From positions 31,434,001 through 31,498,000 of the forward strand of contig CM126209.1 in assembly GCA_052327205.1 (NCBI GenBank): DNA of 64,000 nt, in the 5' to 3' direction. Position numbers and translations under genes: made by a program. The stretch is from Somniosus microcephalus. Its lineage: Eukaryota. A model generated the notes under the pieces. The model was not told the DNA's origin and searched no databases. It was given only the letters and a program-made list of their open reading frames with translations. This document shows, piece by piece, positions 24,088 through 36,466 of this stretch (position 1 is its first letter; each line of letters opens with the position of its first letter).

Positions 24088-24123
24088 TCGCCAAGGACAC
24101 TTTCCCCCACACCTTCCACTGAG
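24088..24123 (+). CDS. ABLIM1: ABLIM1-like 36-nt exon (SPRTLSPTPSTE)
   Basis: TCACAG acceptor, GTCAGT donor, phase 0/0. Matches recalled ABLIM1 SPRTLSPTPSAE. Confidence 0.88.
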
Positions 24124-24339
24124 GTCAGTAAATCCCTTCATGTTCAGCTCTCGGCCTTCTCTTCTTCACGGTCTTCATTTGCTTCATGCAATGGTGTAGT
24201 CCTCAGTGGATCAGTAGAATTGTGTGACGTTTAGTCTAACAGTTCTTACTGGATACTGAAGGAAAACACATTGCATTGTAGCCCAATGTAACCCTCTCCC
24301 ACTTTACAATCTGCTCATGGAGATGAAAGAAAAATTGTC

Positions 24340-24520
24340 AATGCTGAAAATCTCAAATGAAAACATAAAATGCTGGAAATGCACAACAGCATCTGAAAGA
24401 GAAAATAATAATTTGGGTGGATGGTCTTCCTCAGATGGATTATAATGAAGGGTTACAACTCGAAGCTTTCACCTGCCTTTTGTCTTTCAAATGCTGATAG
24501 TCCTGCAATTTTCTGTTGCT
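24340..24520. mobile_element. Old palindromic Penelope-terminus-derived element
   Basis: The left arm resembles 5820-5930. Back-to-back decayed hammerhead-like cores lie around 24412-24470, followed by an inverted right arm. Confidence 0.55.
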
Positions 24521-25250
24521 TCAACTTTTCAATATATCTTCCCTAATAGAAAGTTGTCAGAAGGTCTTTGTTGTAATTAGTATTCTAGCTGTATTCTGTT
24601 ATAATCTCTGTGAAAATGATGTTATCATTTGTTCTTAAATTTAAGAAAGAAGTTAACTGTTGGTGACTGCTGAACTGCTTTTTTTGGGTTTGTGTGATTG
24701 ACATATTTGGTCTTTATTTGTGAGTGTGGCTTAATAAAAAAAAAATAGAAGGGCGTAATCCATTAAACAAATGCCCATTAACAGCAAGGTGCCCATTAAT
24801 TAGAGCACACAATATTCCATATAGTCCTGTGGATTTTCAGTTTGTTTTCACAGGAGCTTATATCTTGTATTTTCACTAATGTGAAATATATTACATTTGT
24901 GAAAATATCAGTGGAGTGTCACTACGTCATATGGGGTCTAGTAGTGACATGGCTCAGTCAATAATCAATGGGAGTAGAGATCCTTTGCCTGCATTATCCC
25001 TAAACATAATCAATTCAAGGCAACTGTGAATTGTTTTACCATATCTAATTTTAAAAACAAATAAATCTCCATGGAATAGACAGTACCATTCTTTGCTTGG
25101 GGCATTCGTGAATCCTGGATCTTTCAGACTCTTAAAATGAACACAGTAATGTGCTCCTAGCCATGTAATATCCTAGGTATTTCCTATGGGACTGTATGCT
25201 TAGTATTTGTTTAAAATCTCCCCTCTTTAGCTCCCCTCCCCCATGATTTA

Positions 25251-25688
25251 CAGTGTCAGCTGTGGCTCAGTGGGTGGCACCCTCACCTCTGAGTCAGAAG
25301 GTTGTGGGTTCAAGTCCCACTCCAGAGACTTGAGCACAAAAATCTAGGCTGACACTCCAGCCGCTGCACTGTCGGAGGTGCCATCTTTCGGATGAGACGT
25401 CTGCCCCCTCAGGTGGACGTAAAAGATCCCAAGGCACTATTTCAAAGAAGAGCAGGGGAGTTATCTCCGGTGTCCTGGACAATATTCATCCCTCAATCAA
25501 CATAACAAAAACAGATTATCTGGTCATTATTACATTGCTGTTTGTGGGAGCTTGCTGTGCGCAAATTAGCTGCCGCGTTTCCTACATTACAACAGTGACT
25601 ACACTTCAAAAGTACTTCATTGGCTGTAAAGCGCTTTGGGATGTCTGGTGGTCGTGAAAGGCGCTATAGAAATGCAAGTTTTTCTTTC
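25251..25688 (+). mobile_element. tRNA-head SINE with L2-like tail, same family as 8815-9260
   Basis: A-box TGGCTCAGTGG, B-box GGTTCAAGTCC, tail AAAGGCGCTATAGAAATGCAAG. Confidence 0.9.
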
Positions 25689-25895
25689 AGTATAATGCTG
25701 TTGTATAACCAATTATGAGAGAGCAGCATGGAACGCTGTCACCTGTTTTCCCATCCTCGATTTACTATTCTCCCACGCAACATATCCGATGTTAGGGGCT
25801 CTCCATATGGGGACTTAGAGGCACAAACTCACATCCTATAACTGCAGGGCACAGTGAGTTGATGCCTGATAATGCTGAGCCACTGGGAATGACAG

Positions 25896-25985
25896 GCCAA
25901 TGAAGCACTTTTGAAGTGTCGTCACTGTTGTAATGTAGGGAAATGTGGCAGGCAATTTTATGCACAGGAAGGTCCCACAAAATCA
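25896..25985 (-). mobile_element. Inverted fragment of the same SINE core
   Basis: Reverse complement of about 25540-25625. Confidence 0.7.
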
Positions 25986-27595
25986 AATTGCATTATGCCT
26001 CTCCCTCCAGTTTTCCTTCTGCCGTCCCCATATGAAAGAGGCTGCCCTTCACTTAGTGAATCCCAACAGCAGGATTGCGGACTTTGAGACTCCGTGATAA
26101 TGGGGGTTTCACAAGGATGAGCCCACGTCCTAACGCTCTGTGTTGTGCATGTTGTTCCTGAAGTACCTCTTTTACTAAGTATGTTCAGGATCATGTACTA
26201 GCATTGGGCTGGAGCTGCCATTGGCTATTTCACAGATTTGCATAATTGATAAGTGGTTTTCATGACTAAATTATGGTTATTCCCACTCCACATTGACAGG
26301 CCTGAGAGCTACACCAGGTGTCCCCGAAAATCTACTATTTTCATATCTTTAATCAACCAGGGTAGACCACCACATACACAGATAAGTCAGTCAGTCTTAA
26401 TGCAGATACGATCAAAGATACAATCAGATACTTCACACAATCAGAAACTGACCTCTGCTTTCCTTGAAGTCATGTTGTTTTTCCCCACTGTCTCATGTAT
26501 ACACACTGCATTTGTCTTATCCCATCGCTTTTATGTCTGAAACATATTCTAAGGATTAAAAAAAATGGAAGAGCCATGCAAGCTGCCAGCTTTTTGTTTT
26601 TAAGTCTTCACCTTCCCTGCCCTCTGAAATTCTCTTCCAAAACCACTGCGCCTCGCTACTGATCTCTCTTCCCGGATCCACTAGCTCTCTTTCTGCTCCG
26701 TATCCACCTCCCTGTCTTGTAACGCTCTCTAAGCTGTTTTTGCTGTCTGTGCTTTTTCTTTCAATTAAAATGAGGCATTGAGTTAGTTTGGATTAAAAAT
26801 ATTTTTTTACTTGGCGTGCTTCACTTGACTGGCCAGGAGTACACAGCAACTGTTGTTATTGTGCAATATCCTTTTTCTTTTCACTGGAGTAAAATAACAA
26901 TGATTTTGAACAGATCTGGAACAAATGCTATATTTCTTGGAGCTTTCTTCCTCTCTGTAATGTTGACCAAAAACTCAGCTCATAAAGGTTTGAAGAAGTT
27001 AAGAGACTTTTGAGGGGCCACTGTTTTTCCTGATTTATCCAAGCCAATGCTAATGGAACATTATTGACTTGGAAGTGAAAAGATTCCACTGGGGGCAAAA
27101 GGGCAAATTGTAGCTTTATAACCTTTCAAAAACAGTTTTTCAATGAAAATGATGGTTGATGTGATTGTCAGCCTGTTTAAAAGGCCCCAAATTGGCCCAG
27201 TGGCGATTTTAATCAAACTAAAAGCACAAGTACACCTAACGACACATCAGCCTGCTTTCACTGTTTGTTCCAGGGTAGGTTCTCTCATTGGGGACAGCTG
27301 CAAGAACTAATGGAGTAATATTGGCTGCAGTATTAGGCAAATAGCGTCACAGCTGGCAACAGAACCACAGCCTTGTGATAATAAGATTGCATGATTCGCT
27401 GAAACAACATGCGTGTTTGGAACGCCCCAACATCTGGGACTTGTTGCACATTTCAAATACATGCTTAAAGTTTCCAGATGACTTGTATCTAGATTGAGAA
27501 AAATGAATAGGAAGGTTTGACAAAGAACATGCCCAAAGTCATGTAGAAATTAGGGCCTATAAATGATAGTGTATTTTTCACAGGAATATGAAGTA

Positions 27596-27949
27596 CAGGA
27601 AACTTTTTTTTATCCGGCACCGACGGGACTGACGTGGTGCCGGTTCATCAAAAATTCCGGATAACCGAAAGCTATAGTAAAAGATACGGAGAGCTGAGAG
27701 CTCCGTATAAAGCAACAAACCCTGTTGCTTAGCAACAAACCCTGTTGCTCAGCAACAGGTTCAGAACAATGGCCACAAGTTCCAAGCGTCTCTGTAGCTT
27801 AGCAACAGCTGCAGCCACACCCTTGCACAGCAACAGATCGAGGAAGGCAAGTAGAATATGAAGTAAAACTTACCTGAACCTACTCCTGAATTTTGCCGGT
27901 TAACCAAGATTTCCGGTTATTTAGGTGCCGGTAAATCGAAAGTTTCCTG
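27596..27949. mobile_element. Tc1/mariner (pogo/Tigger-like) MITE, copy 1
   Basis: TIR CAGGAAACTTT/AAAGTTTCCTG, flanked by TA on both sides. Confidence 0.9.
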
Positions 27950-27997
27950 TACTGTTTACTGTTTTTCTTGTCCACTCTCAGTTGTTAAAAGCATATA

Positions 27998-28320
27998 CAG
28001 GAAACTTTTTTTTATCCGGCACGGACGGGACCGACGTGGTGCCGGTTCATCAAAAATTCCGGATAACCGAAAGCTATAGTAAAAGATACGGAGCTGAGAG
28101 CTCCGTATAAAGCAACAAACCCTGTTGCTTAGCAACAAGTTCAGAACAATGGCCACAAGTTCCAAGCGTCTCTGTAGCTTAACAACAGCTGCAGCCACAC
28201 CCTTGCACAGCAACAGATGGAGGAAGGCAAGTAATAAAAGTTACCTGAACCTACTCCTGAATTTTGCCGGTTAACCGAGATTTCCGGTTATTTAGGTGCC
28301 AGTAAATCGAAAGTTTCCTG
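27998..28320. mobile_element. Tc1/mariner (pogo/Tigger-like) MITE, copy 2
   Basis: Same TIRs and TA flanks; near-identical to copy 1 and in the same orientation. Confidence 0.9.
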
Positions 28321-30599
28321 TAGTTAAAAAAAAATGAAAATTAATATTTGATTTGCGGATATGCCAACCTAGGAAATTAGCAAAAGCAACAGCTTCAAAA
28401 AAGCTGACAGCTCAAAAACAGACCTGAAAATAAGCCTATGACATTTTTTTTTTTTAAAGTAATTACACTGAAAGTGTAGTGGGATTATAGGCTTGTAGAT
28501 ATTCCTAATATTCTTTCCCTCATATTGGTGAAAATAATAAGTGCACGAAAGCCTGAAGGGAGATACTAGTTTTGGAAGTACTAGCCCTCCCCTAGAAAAT
28601 GTTACTTTTTGACACGGTGCATTTTCCAGTGTTTTGGAGTCTACAATGAGCATGGGTCTTTTGTATTTTATCCAAAAAGGAAAGGAAAGTTCTTTAATTT
28701 TATTGAAAACTACTCCTATATGTCATTTGAGAATTAATTATTTACTGTACTTCATATTTTAAATCTTCTTTCTCCCGATAGCAGCAGATGATCTATAATT
28801 GAGAGGAATGGTTTTAATTTTCCTTTTTTTTTCCAAAAGAAATTTCTTAATATCAAATTGGGAATTCAAGCCCAGTCTTATTGGTCATGGAATCATTCCA
28901 GTCAGAGCTGTTATCAGCAAACTTAGAATTGTAGCAGTCTTTCCAAGTGCCCTCCACTCATATTTAAACATCTTTATACTTCACAATTGATACATTCTTA
29001 ATCTGAAAAAAAGGAAAAATAACGTGACATTTGGGTTTCCACCAAAAACAACCTTAACAGTAACTCTCCTCCTTCACAGAGGCATACTCCATTACCAATT
29101 CCAGTTCACCCCCCGACAGTTTAGAAACACTCTCCTCTACTTCCCACCCCAGTTCACAGAGTCATTCTGCCCTCTCCTAACATCATCTTTTTAAATTTGA
29201 TTAAAAAATATTCCTTGATATATTTAAGAGTGGTAACATGGTGCAGTTTGATTAATACGGCTGAAAATGGGTTTATCACAAATAATAAGCATTTTAAATC
29301 AGTGTCAATCCACCACCTGAGTAACCCGATTTTAAATGACTTTTAAAAAAAAATACAAAACTATTTGCTAGTTATATTGAGGTACAGTAGTCAATTTCTT
29401 AGTAAATTTTTAAAACATTATATTCAAAAGCTTTTAAAATGTACCTATTGGTGTCCTTGCACCCAAAAGTTCCAGCTTAAGAGCTTTTTAGAGCCTCCTC
29501 GAAGGCCTGCAAAGGAGCAAAATTAGCGGAAATTCCCAATGGTGATTAATTCACCCGGGGGGGGGGGGGTGGCCAGTTTTGTGGGCGGGGCCTGCTTCGA
29601 GCACGATGATTTTAAAACTAGGGCAAAAGATCGCGGAAACTCGAGTTGCATATCCCTGTCAGTTTTCCACCCAATTCACAGACTCTCCTTTCCCTCTCCC
29701 TAATCCTCCTAGTTCATCCTGGCACCTTTCTCGCCCCGCCCAATTCAATCTGGCACGCTTTTGTTTCTGTCCTCCGTTCAAGCTTTCCTAACCACAGGTC
29801 AAGTCGGTGCACTTTTCCCCTACCCCTATCCGCTTCCTTCAGTTCAATCTGGCATTCTTCATCCCCCTCCCCCATCAGTTTACACTGGCTCTCCTACCCT
29901 GTTCCTGCGTTCATGCTAATTTTCACCGCACATCCCACCTTGCTCCCCCTGCACACGACCTAGCTCCCTCATCGTCAGTGCTGCTGACAACTCTTTACCT
30001 CCTGTTTCTAGTAATAGTAATTAATTGCCACTGCACGCTGTGGGCAAGAATTTTAATCTTGCACGGATTCCTGCCTACTTTGTGAATAGCCGTTCGATCA
30101 CTTAGAGCATCAGCAGCAGGCAATGGGATCTGCGAGCTGCACTGACTTTTATCCACAAAGACGGTCACACAGACACTGCCCCAGAAACATTAACTGCATG
30201 TATGAAAGTCAGACGGTTGGCATATATAGGAACATAGGAACAGGAGTACGCCATTCACCCTTCAAGCCTCTTCCGTTATTTATTTATTTACTTCTTTCTT
30301 TCTTTCCTCTTGTGTTATTTTAATAATGGTTTGTGAGGGTATGGAATCTTTCTCTTTTTTTCCCCTCAGTTCTCTAGTCTCCTTAAAGCCTACTCTCAGA
30401 CCTTATCCAAAGCTGATCAAAGCTGGGCCATTAGACGGTGCATGACAGCAGGCTAGAGACAACTCTCCCTGCTCCAATATTCCCTTCTCATGCAGGATTG
30501 TCTGGTCTGCCCCGAGCACTTCCCCTTGGAAGTGCAGTATGACATTGGGAACTAAATAGTGTGGCTAATTGAACATTCAGTGCCAGAGTGACAGGCATC

Positions 30600-30908
30600 C
30601 ATAGAAACATAGAAGATAGGAGCAGAAGTAGGCCATTCGGCCCCTTGAGCCTGCTCCGCCATTCAATGCGATCATGGCTGATCATCCAAATTCAGTACCC
30701 GGTCCCTGCCTTCTCCCCATACACCTTGATCCCTTTAGCCTTAAGGAATATATCCAACTCCTTCTTGAATATATTTAATGTATTGGCCTCTACTGCCTTC
30801 TGTGGTAGAGAATTCCACAGGTTCACCACTCTCTGGGTGAAGAAATTCCTCCTCATTTCTGTCCTAAATGGCCTACCCCTTATCCTTAGACTGTGACCCC
30901 TGGTTCTG
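30600..30908 (-). mobile_element. CR1 3' fragment
   Basis: Translates to TRGHSLRIRGRPFRTEMRRNFFTQRVVNLWNSLP, with an ATAGAAAC-type tail. Confidence 0.93.
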
Positions 30909-31178
30909 GTGTAACCAGTTGTGCCAGACTGTAACACTCTTGGAAGTATATGGTGGTAATGATGGATGGGCCCCTGAGTGGATTCAACTGTGGACTATGT
31001 CACATCCAACTTTTATTATTAATACATTCACGTCATTATTGTACTGTATAATCAATTCGCTGTTGAATTCTGTGTAAGCATTCCAGCAAATGTTAAGCTC
31101 TCATTTAAAAAAAATAGTATTTAATATAACTCTCTGGCTTGTCTGATCTGAGTGTGAAGTATTGCAAATATATTTTAG

Positions 31179-31308
31179 GGATACCACGACGCACGTGATC
31201 GAGTGGTGCATAGGTCCTCCAGTCAAGGCTCCATCAGCTCTCCTGTCTACAATCGCCACTGTTATACACCCACTGTTGCCCGCTCTCCACAGCACTTTCA
31301 CAGGCCTG
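31179..31308 (+). CDS. ABLIM1: ABLIM1-like coding exon (GYHDARDRVVHRSSSQGSISSPVYNRHCYTPTVARSPQHFHRP)
   Basis: TTTTAG acceptor, GTAAGT donor, 130 nt, phase 0 to 1. Matches the recalled ABLIM1 segment GYQDVRDR...SPQHFHRP. Confidence 0.92.
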
Positions 31309-31826
31309 GTAAGTGAAACAACCCAATCACAGATTTCTAAACCCGAAAGATCGGGCATTCTTTTTTTGAAAAAAATATTATTATGAAAATAGTTCTAACA
31401 ATGGACAATTTTATTTCAAATGGCAATTCACAGTGAACTTTCTTGCAAGTTTGAAAGATTCTTTTTCTATTTCTCAGCTGTTATACTGCTCCATGGTTGA
31501 GGAATATCGTGGCAAACTGTGCATTGAATGATGTTGTGAAGCTTTCAAATACAGCTAATTATGTTTTAGTGGTGTTGCTTTTATTTTATTTGGTGCTGAA
31601 ATGCTTCCCAGAATGTTCTTAGCTTGTAAAAATAAGCCTCCAATTCTGTTTAACAATGTAGATTATTATAATAATGTAAGGGATGTGTGATATTTAATTT
31701 TTTTGAGCTCTCACTCAGCATGTAGCCAGGGATAACTTTGGCTACTTTCAGACAGAAGCCTGTGACCTTTGCCTCACGTACAGTTTGATTGACAGTACAG
31801 AAGATAAACAAGTGCAAAAAGCATGT

Positions 31827-32458
31827 GGAGTCGATTTTAACCCTACCTGACTGGTGGAAACCAGGCGGATGGGCAGTTATAGATGAGCAGTTTACTTACC
31901 TGCCCGGACGTGACCCTTTACCACTGGTCTCAAATATGAACTTGGAGCGATCTGCAGACAGATGAGGCGCCCACCTGCTGGAGGCAGAAGCCTCATGAAT
32001 GTATGCAAACTGGGGTCCTATAAGGTCACTAGGACCCCAATGGCATTTTAACCGGGGCCTTGAGCGGGGAAGCTTTCCTGCCAGGCAGTTGGTGGGAAGG
32101 ACGAAGAGGCCTACCAGCTTTGTCAATAAATGTCCTTTGTGGGGCGAGGATGAGCATGACGTCACCTTCTCCACCCCCGCCCGCCCCCATTACCTCCCAT
32201 GTGACCCTCCCTAAACCCCTTCTCCCTCACTAACCTGGAAGTCGATGGGTGGCCAAGGGCCGCCTGATCTTCCCCTGCCGGCAGCCACTCTGCTCCCTCT
32301 TTGGGCCCATTCCGGGCAAGAAGTGGACCGACATCATTTAAATGAGGCCTGGGAGTTAAAAGATCCCCTACTTGAAACTTAGGCCAGCGAGTGCATTTTA
32401 TACTCATCCTGCCCCCCACCCACCCACCTGACACCCGCTCTGGGTTAATATTGTCTCC
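31827..32458. mobile_element. Harbinger-type MITE
   Basis: 17-bp imperfect TIR GGAGTCGATTTTAACCC / GGGTTAATATTGTCTCC. Confidence 0.7.
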
Positions 32459-33273
32459 ATGACATTATTATAACCTCAGGTGGGGTTATTTTGGGAAATA
32501 AACTACGAAAGCCTGTGGGCTACTGTGATGAATTATTCTATTGTAGTGAGCCTGTTTATTTTTAAAACAAAGGTATCAAAATGTGAGGCTCTGGTAGAGC
32601 CTCACTGGAGAATTGTCCATTGTTGTAGCAACTGGATTCTGCCATGATATAATAGTTCAGAGAGCTGTACCTCTCAAATTGAAGAATAATCTGTAAGTGT
32701 TTGGATAGTAACTGGCTGGGAAACTATCCTTGTGATACTGAGGAGACATTAAACTCTGAATTGATTAAACAGAAATGGCATTGAAAATCCCACAATTACA
32801 AGACACACAACAACATAGACCTGCCTGCTTTTGCATTTTTGACGCTTTTCCCACAAATGTATTTCACTCAACAATCGTTGCCTTTAACTTCAGTATATTT
32901 TAAGGGATGCAGCTGCTGCCAACAAAGTTGAAGTAGTTACGCATGGGCAGTCAGTGTTTTTCTAGGTTGTTCGCTTCGGGATTCATGGGGTCTGGGGAAA
33001 AACTGCTGGGAACATGGAGCGGGCCCTCGGGTCTCACGGGCTCTGTGGGGTAAAAAAAGCAGAAACCTCATCGATAGCAGCTTCCAGATTAATGCGCAGA
33101 ACGGTTCTGCGCGGCGTTGGCAGCAGTCACTCCATATTTTAAGACACCGCCTCGTGTTGCAGTGTTCTGCTTCCTTTGATTTCACATTTCCACGATCCGC
33201 TCATTGGTTTTCATTCCCCCCTCCCCCCTCTATGCTTTTCACCTGATCAGCCCAATGTCCTATTCTGCTGCAG

Positions 33274-33371
33274 AGCTGCTCTTTACTGGTGTGGCGCGTT
33301 CTCTGTATTTGCCCGCTAGCAGTTGCAGCTCCACCCGCAATGGCTCCGATACAACATCATGCCCCATGTAG
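33274..33371 (+). pseudogene. Frameshifted or poison version of an ABLIM1-type cassette exon
   Basis: CTGCAG acceptor, GTAAGA donor, 98 nt (not a multiple of 3). The entry frame reads ELLFTGVARSLYLPASS...CPM-stop; a shifted frame reads LRYNIMPHV-G into the donor. Confidence 0.55.
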
Positions 33372-33533
33372 GTAAGAGCTGGGCTTTGTTAGCCAGGATG
33401 GTATCCTGATTATTGATCATGGCATCACACAGCAACTCTTCACAGTTGCTTCAAATTAAATTGGATTCTGTTTGGCTATTTATTTCTGAAATATTGGCAA
33501 ATACCCAACCTTAATTCATCTTTTATAACACAA

Positions 33534-33918
33534 AAAATAGGAGTTGGCCATTAAGCCCATAGAGCCTGTTCCACCATTCAATTAGATCATGGCTGGCCTA
33601 TAACTCACCTTCATTTACCTGCCTTGGTTCCATATCCCTTAATACCCTTACAACCTCAGTTTTGAAATTTTCAATTGACCTAGCCTCGAGAGATTTCCAG
33701 ATTTCCACTACTATTTGTGTGAAGAAGTGCTTCCTGATATCACCCCTGGACAGCCGAGCTCGACTGTTAAGGTTATCCCCCCATGTTCTGGCCTCTCCTA
33801 CCAGAGGAAATAGTTTCTCTCTATCTACCCGATCAAATCCTTTAATAATCTTAAACACTTCCATTAGATCACCCCTTAATCTTCTATACTCAAGGGAATA
33901 CAGGCCTAGTCTGTACAA
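33534..33918 (-). mobile_element. CR1 3' fragment
   Basis: Translates to LGLYSLEYRRLRGDLMEVFKIIKGFDRVDREKLFPL. Confidence 0.9.
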
Positions 33919-35044
33919 CAATACATTTTAAATGAATTCAATAACAATGGGCATATACTGCATCAAACTCTGCAGTTCTTTGTTGATTCTGTATCTATGG
34001 CATTCACCAGCTTTAATGGTATATATTTTTAAACATAAAACACACAGAGCAAATGGGTCCAAAACGATTTACAACAGTGCACACTCTTGGGCTCTATTTC
34101 TTGATTCAGTTGAGTCAATGAAAAGACTAAATCCCTCAACTCGTATCATTTTCATTAGGTACAGATGTTTCCATTTAACCCATGGCTGCTGCTGCACTTC
34201 AGCACCCATGTAAATTATATCATCAGAACACATCTTAAATTCATCCAGTCAATAATGAGAATTATGCAATATCTAATGGGTTGATGCAATTCTGTAATTG
34301 CCGCTATAATTAGAAATGTAATATTACTCCATTTCCAGGATAATTGACTCTAACTGCAGCTACATTGCTGTGGCAAACCATGTCATTTTCTGTACTCTTT
34401 GACAGATTTTTTTTTTAATTAAAAATATTTAAAATTAACAATGCAGCCTGTCAACCACAGGTTTCATAATTATGAAAAAGGAGCAACAATATTATTCTAA
34501 CAGTTCTCTGTTTATATTTCAATGTGTTGTGATTAAATATAAGTTTTGACCTTTTATCTTGCAAATGGTTCATTATAGAGGAGTTCTTGCACATTCTGCA
34601 CAATACTTTCCCAATTTCCAACACAACCTTACTACCAAAAGCTGACAGCCAATTACCTGAATAATCTGACTGTAGATTTCAATGCCCTCTATTACATTGT
34701 GAAACCTATTAAAGTCTAGTCTGTCCTGGGATGTATAAAATGCATGCCATTATTATACAGTTCAGGTTCTGAATGTTTTTGCTGTTAAAAGCTATTATCA
34801 CGCCCACTCTGTACTTTCAGCTGCCATGTTTAAATTTTGCTGCCCAAAATATATTTGACAATTTGTTTCTCCAATAATCATAACACCATAGCAATAATTT
34901 TGTCAAATTAAAGCGTAGTGTGTTCAGGCTTGATATGATTTCAATACTTCAGTTATTTTCTTTTTACTTGTGACTTAAAATAGTAACATTTCATAAAATT
35001 GATCCCCAAAGGTGAGATTGTATTACTTTAGATTAAAAAAAGCA

Positions 35045-35190
35045 CAAAATAAAACCAGGAAATGTGTAGCGGGTTGGCGGTCAGCATCTGAGAGAGACAG
35101 ATTTCATTTCAGGTATGACCCAGAAAATGAACCTATCTTTCGCTTTCAAATGCATTTGACCTGTTGTGCATTTGCAACGTTGTCTGTTAT
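35045..35190. mobile_element. Highly decayed palindromic Penelope-terminus-like element
   Basis: Weak similarity to 53151-53287 and 24340-24520, with inverted arms. Confidence 0.4.
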
Positions 35191-35554
35191 AAAGCTTGTT
35201 ACCATAACTGCACTCTGATTTCATCAGAGATGTACAAGCTTCCATAATAGAAGACATTTGCTACAAGCGTGAATCATTTTGCCTTGTTTAACCCTCAGAC
35301 AATGCAGGAAGTCAAGAGTAATAGCTGAGACACTGAAACAAACACTCACGTTTGCAGCAACACATTGATTTAGATGTCAGGAGCAGCTTTGTTCCTATAA
35401 TAATAACACCATAGGATTAAAATATACACGCAAAATAAACTTTTCAACAAAATTTAAGAAATTTAAACACTAAGGGTGGACCTTTCAGTGTCTCTCACAT
35501 AGCAAGCAACTTATTGGAAAATGGTGGGTGCTTAATGAGAGGACAGTTAAGAAG

Positions 35555-35708
35555 ATAAGAACATAAGAAATAGGAGCAGGAGTAGGCCATTCGGCCCGCG
35601 AGCCTGCTCCGCCATTCAGTGAGATCATGGCTGATCTTCTGCCTCAATTCTATTCACCGGCCTTATCGCCATATCCCTTGATGCCCTTACTTGTCAGAAA
35701 TCTATCGA
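35555..35708 (-). mobile_element. CR1 3' UTR fragment
   Basis: Contains aggagcaggagtaggccattcggccc...gatcatggctgatc with an ATAAGAAC tail. Confidence 0.85.
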
Positions 35709-35930
35709 CTTGTGGGCAATGCACCTGCGATTTTCCAATAAGCCAACCATTGCATGCAATGCCTTGGTGCAGGGCCTCGGAATGTTCTGCCCTTTATTTC
35801 TGCCTATTCTGTCCTCCTTTCCCCAATTCTCTTTTCTTTCCCCATTCTCTTTTCTTCCCCATTTTCCATTTTTTTTATGAATTTAACTTTTTATTATATT
35901 TTATCCAACATATCCTAATTCTAACTATTA

Positions 35931-36230
35931 ACATAGAAACATAGAAGATAGGAGCAGGAGTAGGCCATTCGGCCCTTCGAGCCTGCTCCGCCATTCAATG
36001 CGATCATGGCTGATCATTCAAATTCAGTACCCTGTCCCTGCCTCCTCCCCATATCCCTTGATCCCTTTAGCCTTAAGAAATATATCCAACTCTTTCTTGA
36101 ATATATTTAATGAACTGGCCTCCACCGCCCTCTGTGGCAGAGAATTCCACAGGTTCACCACTCTCTGGGTGAAGAAATTCCTCCTCATTTCAGTCCTAAA
36201 TGTCCTACCCCTTATCCTTAGACTATGACC
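35931..36230 (-). mobile_element. CR1 3' fragment, same subfamily as 30600-30908
   Basis: Very high visible identity to 30600-30898. Confidence 0.93.
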
Positions 36231-36466
36231 TGGTACTTTTCTTTCTGGGCCTCTTATTTTGGAGGTGGGAGACAGATTGTAAAAACGGCCTCAGATTGGC
36301 TGCAAATTACCGCCAAAGGCCAATTCTTTAGCTATGTGTAGTTTAGCATTCTGAATTTTGATCTGGTCATAATACAGTCATAATTTTCTTGCCTAATCAA
36401 TGAGTTATCTTGTTGATAGTGGTAGGAATGTGGTAACTAATTTGATTAAATGTACTCTGTTTATGT

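Noticed and set aside
25251-25330. tRNA gene (also at 8815-8890)
   Set aside because: The A/B boxes run straight into a repeated SINE body and L2-like tail, and no full cloverleaf is evident.
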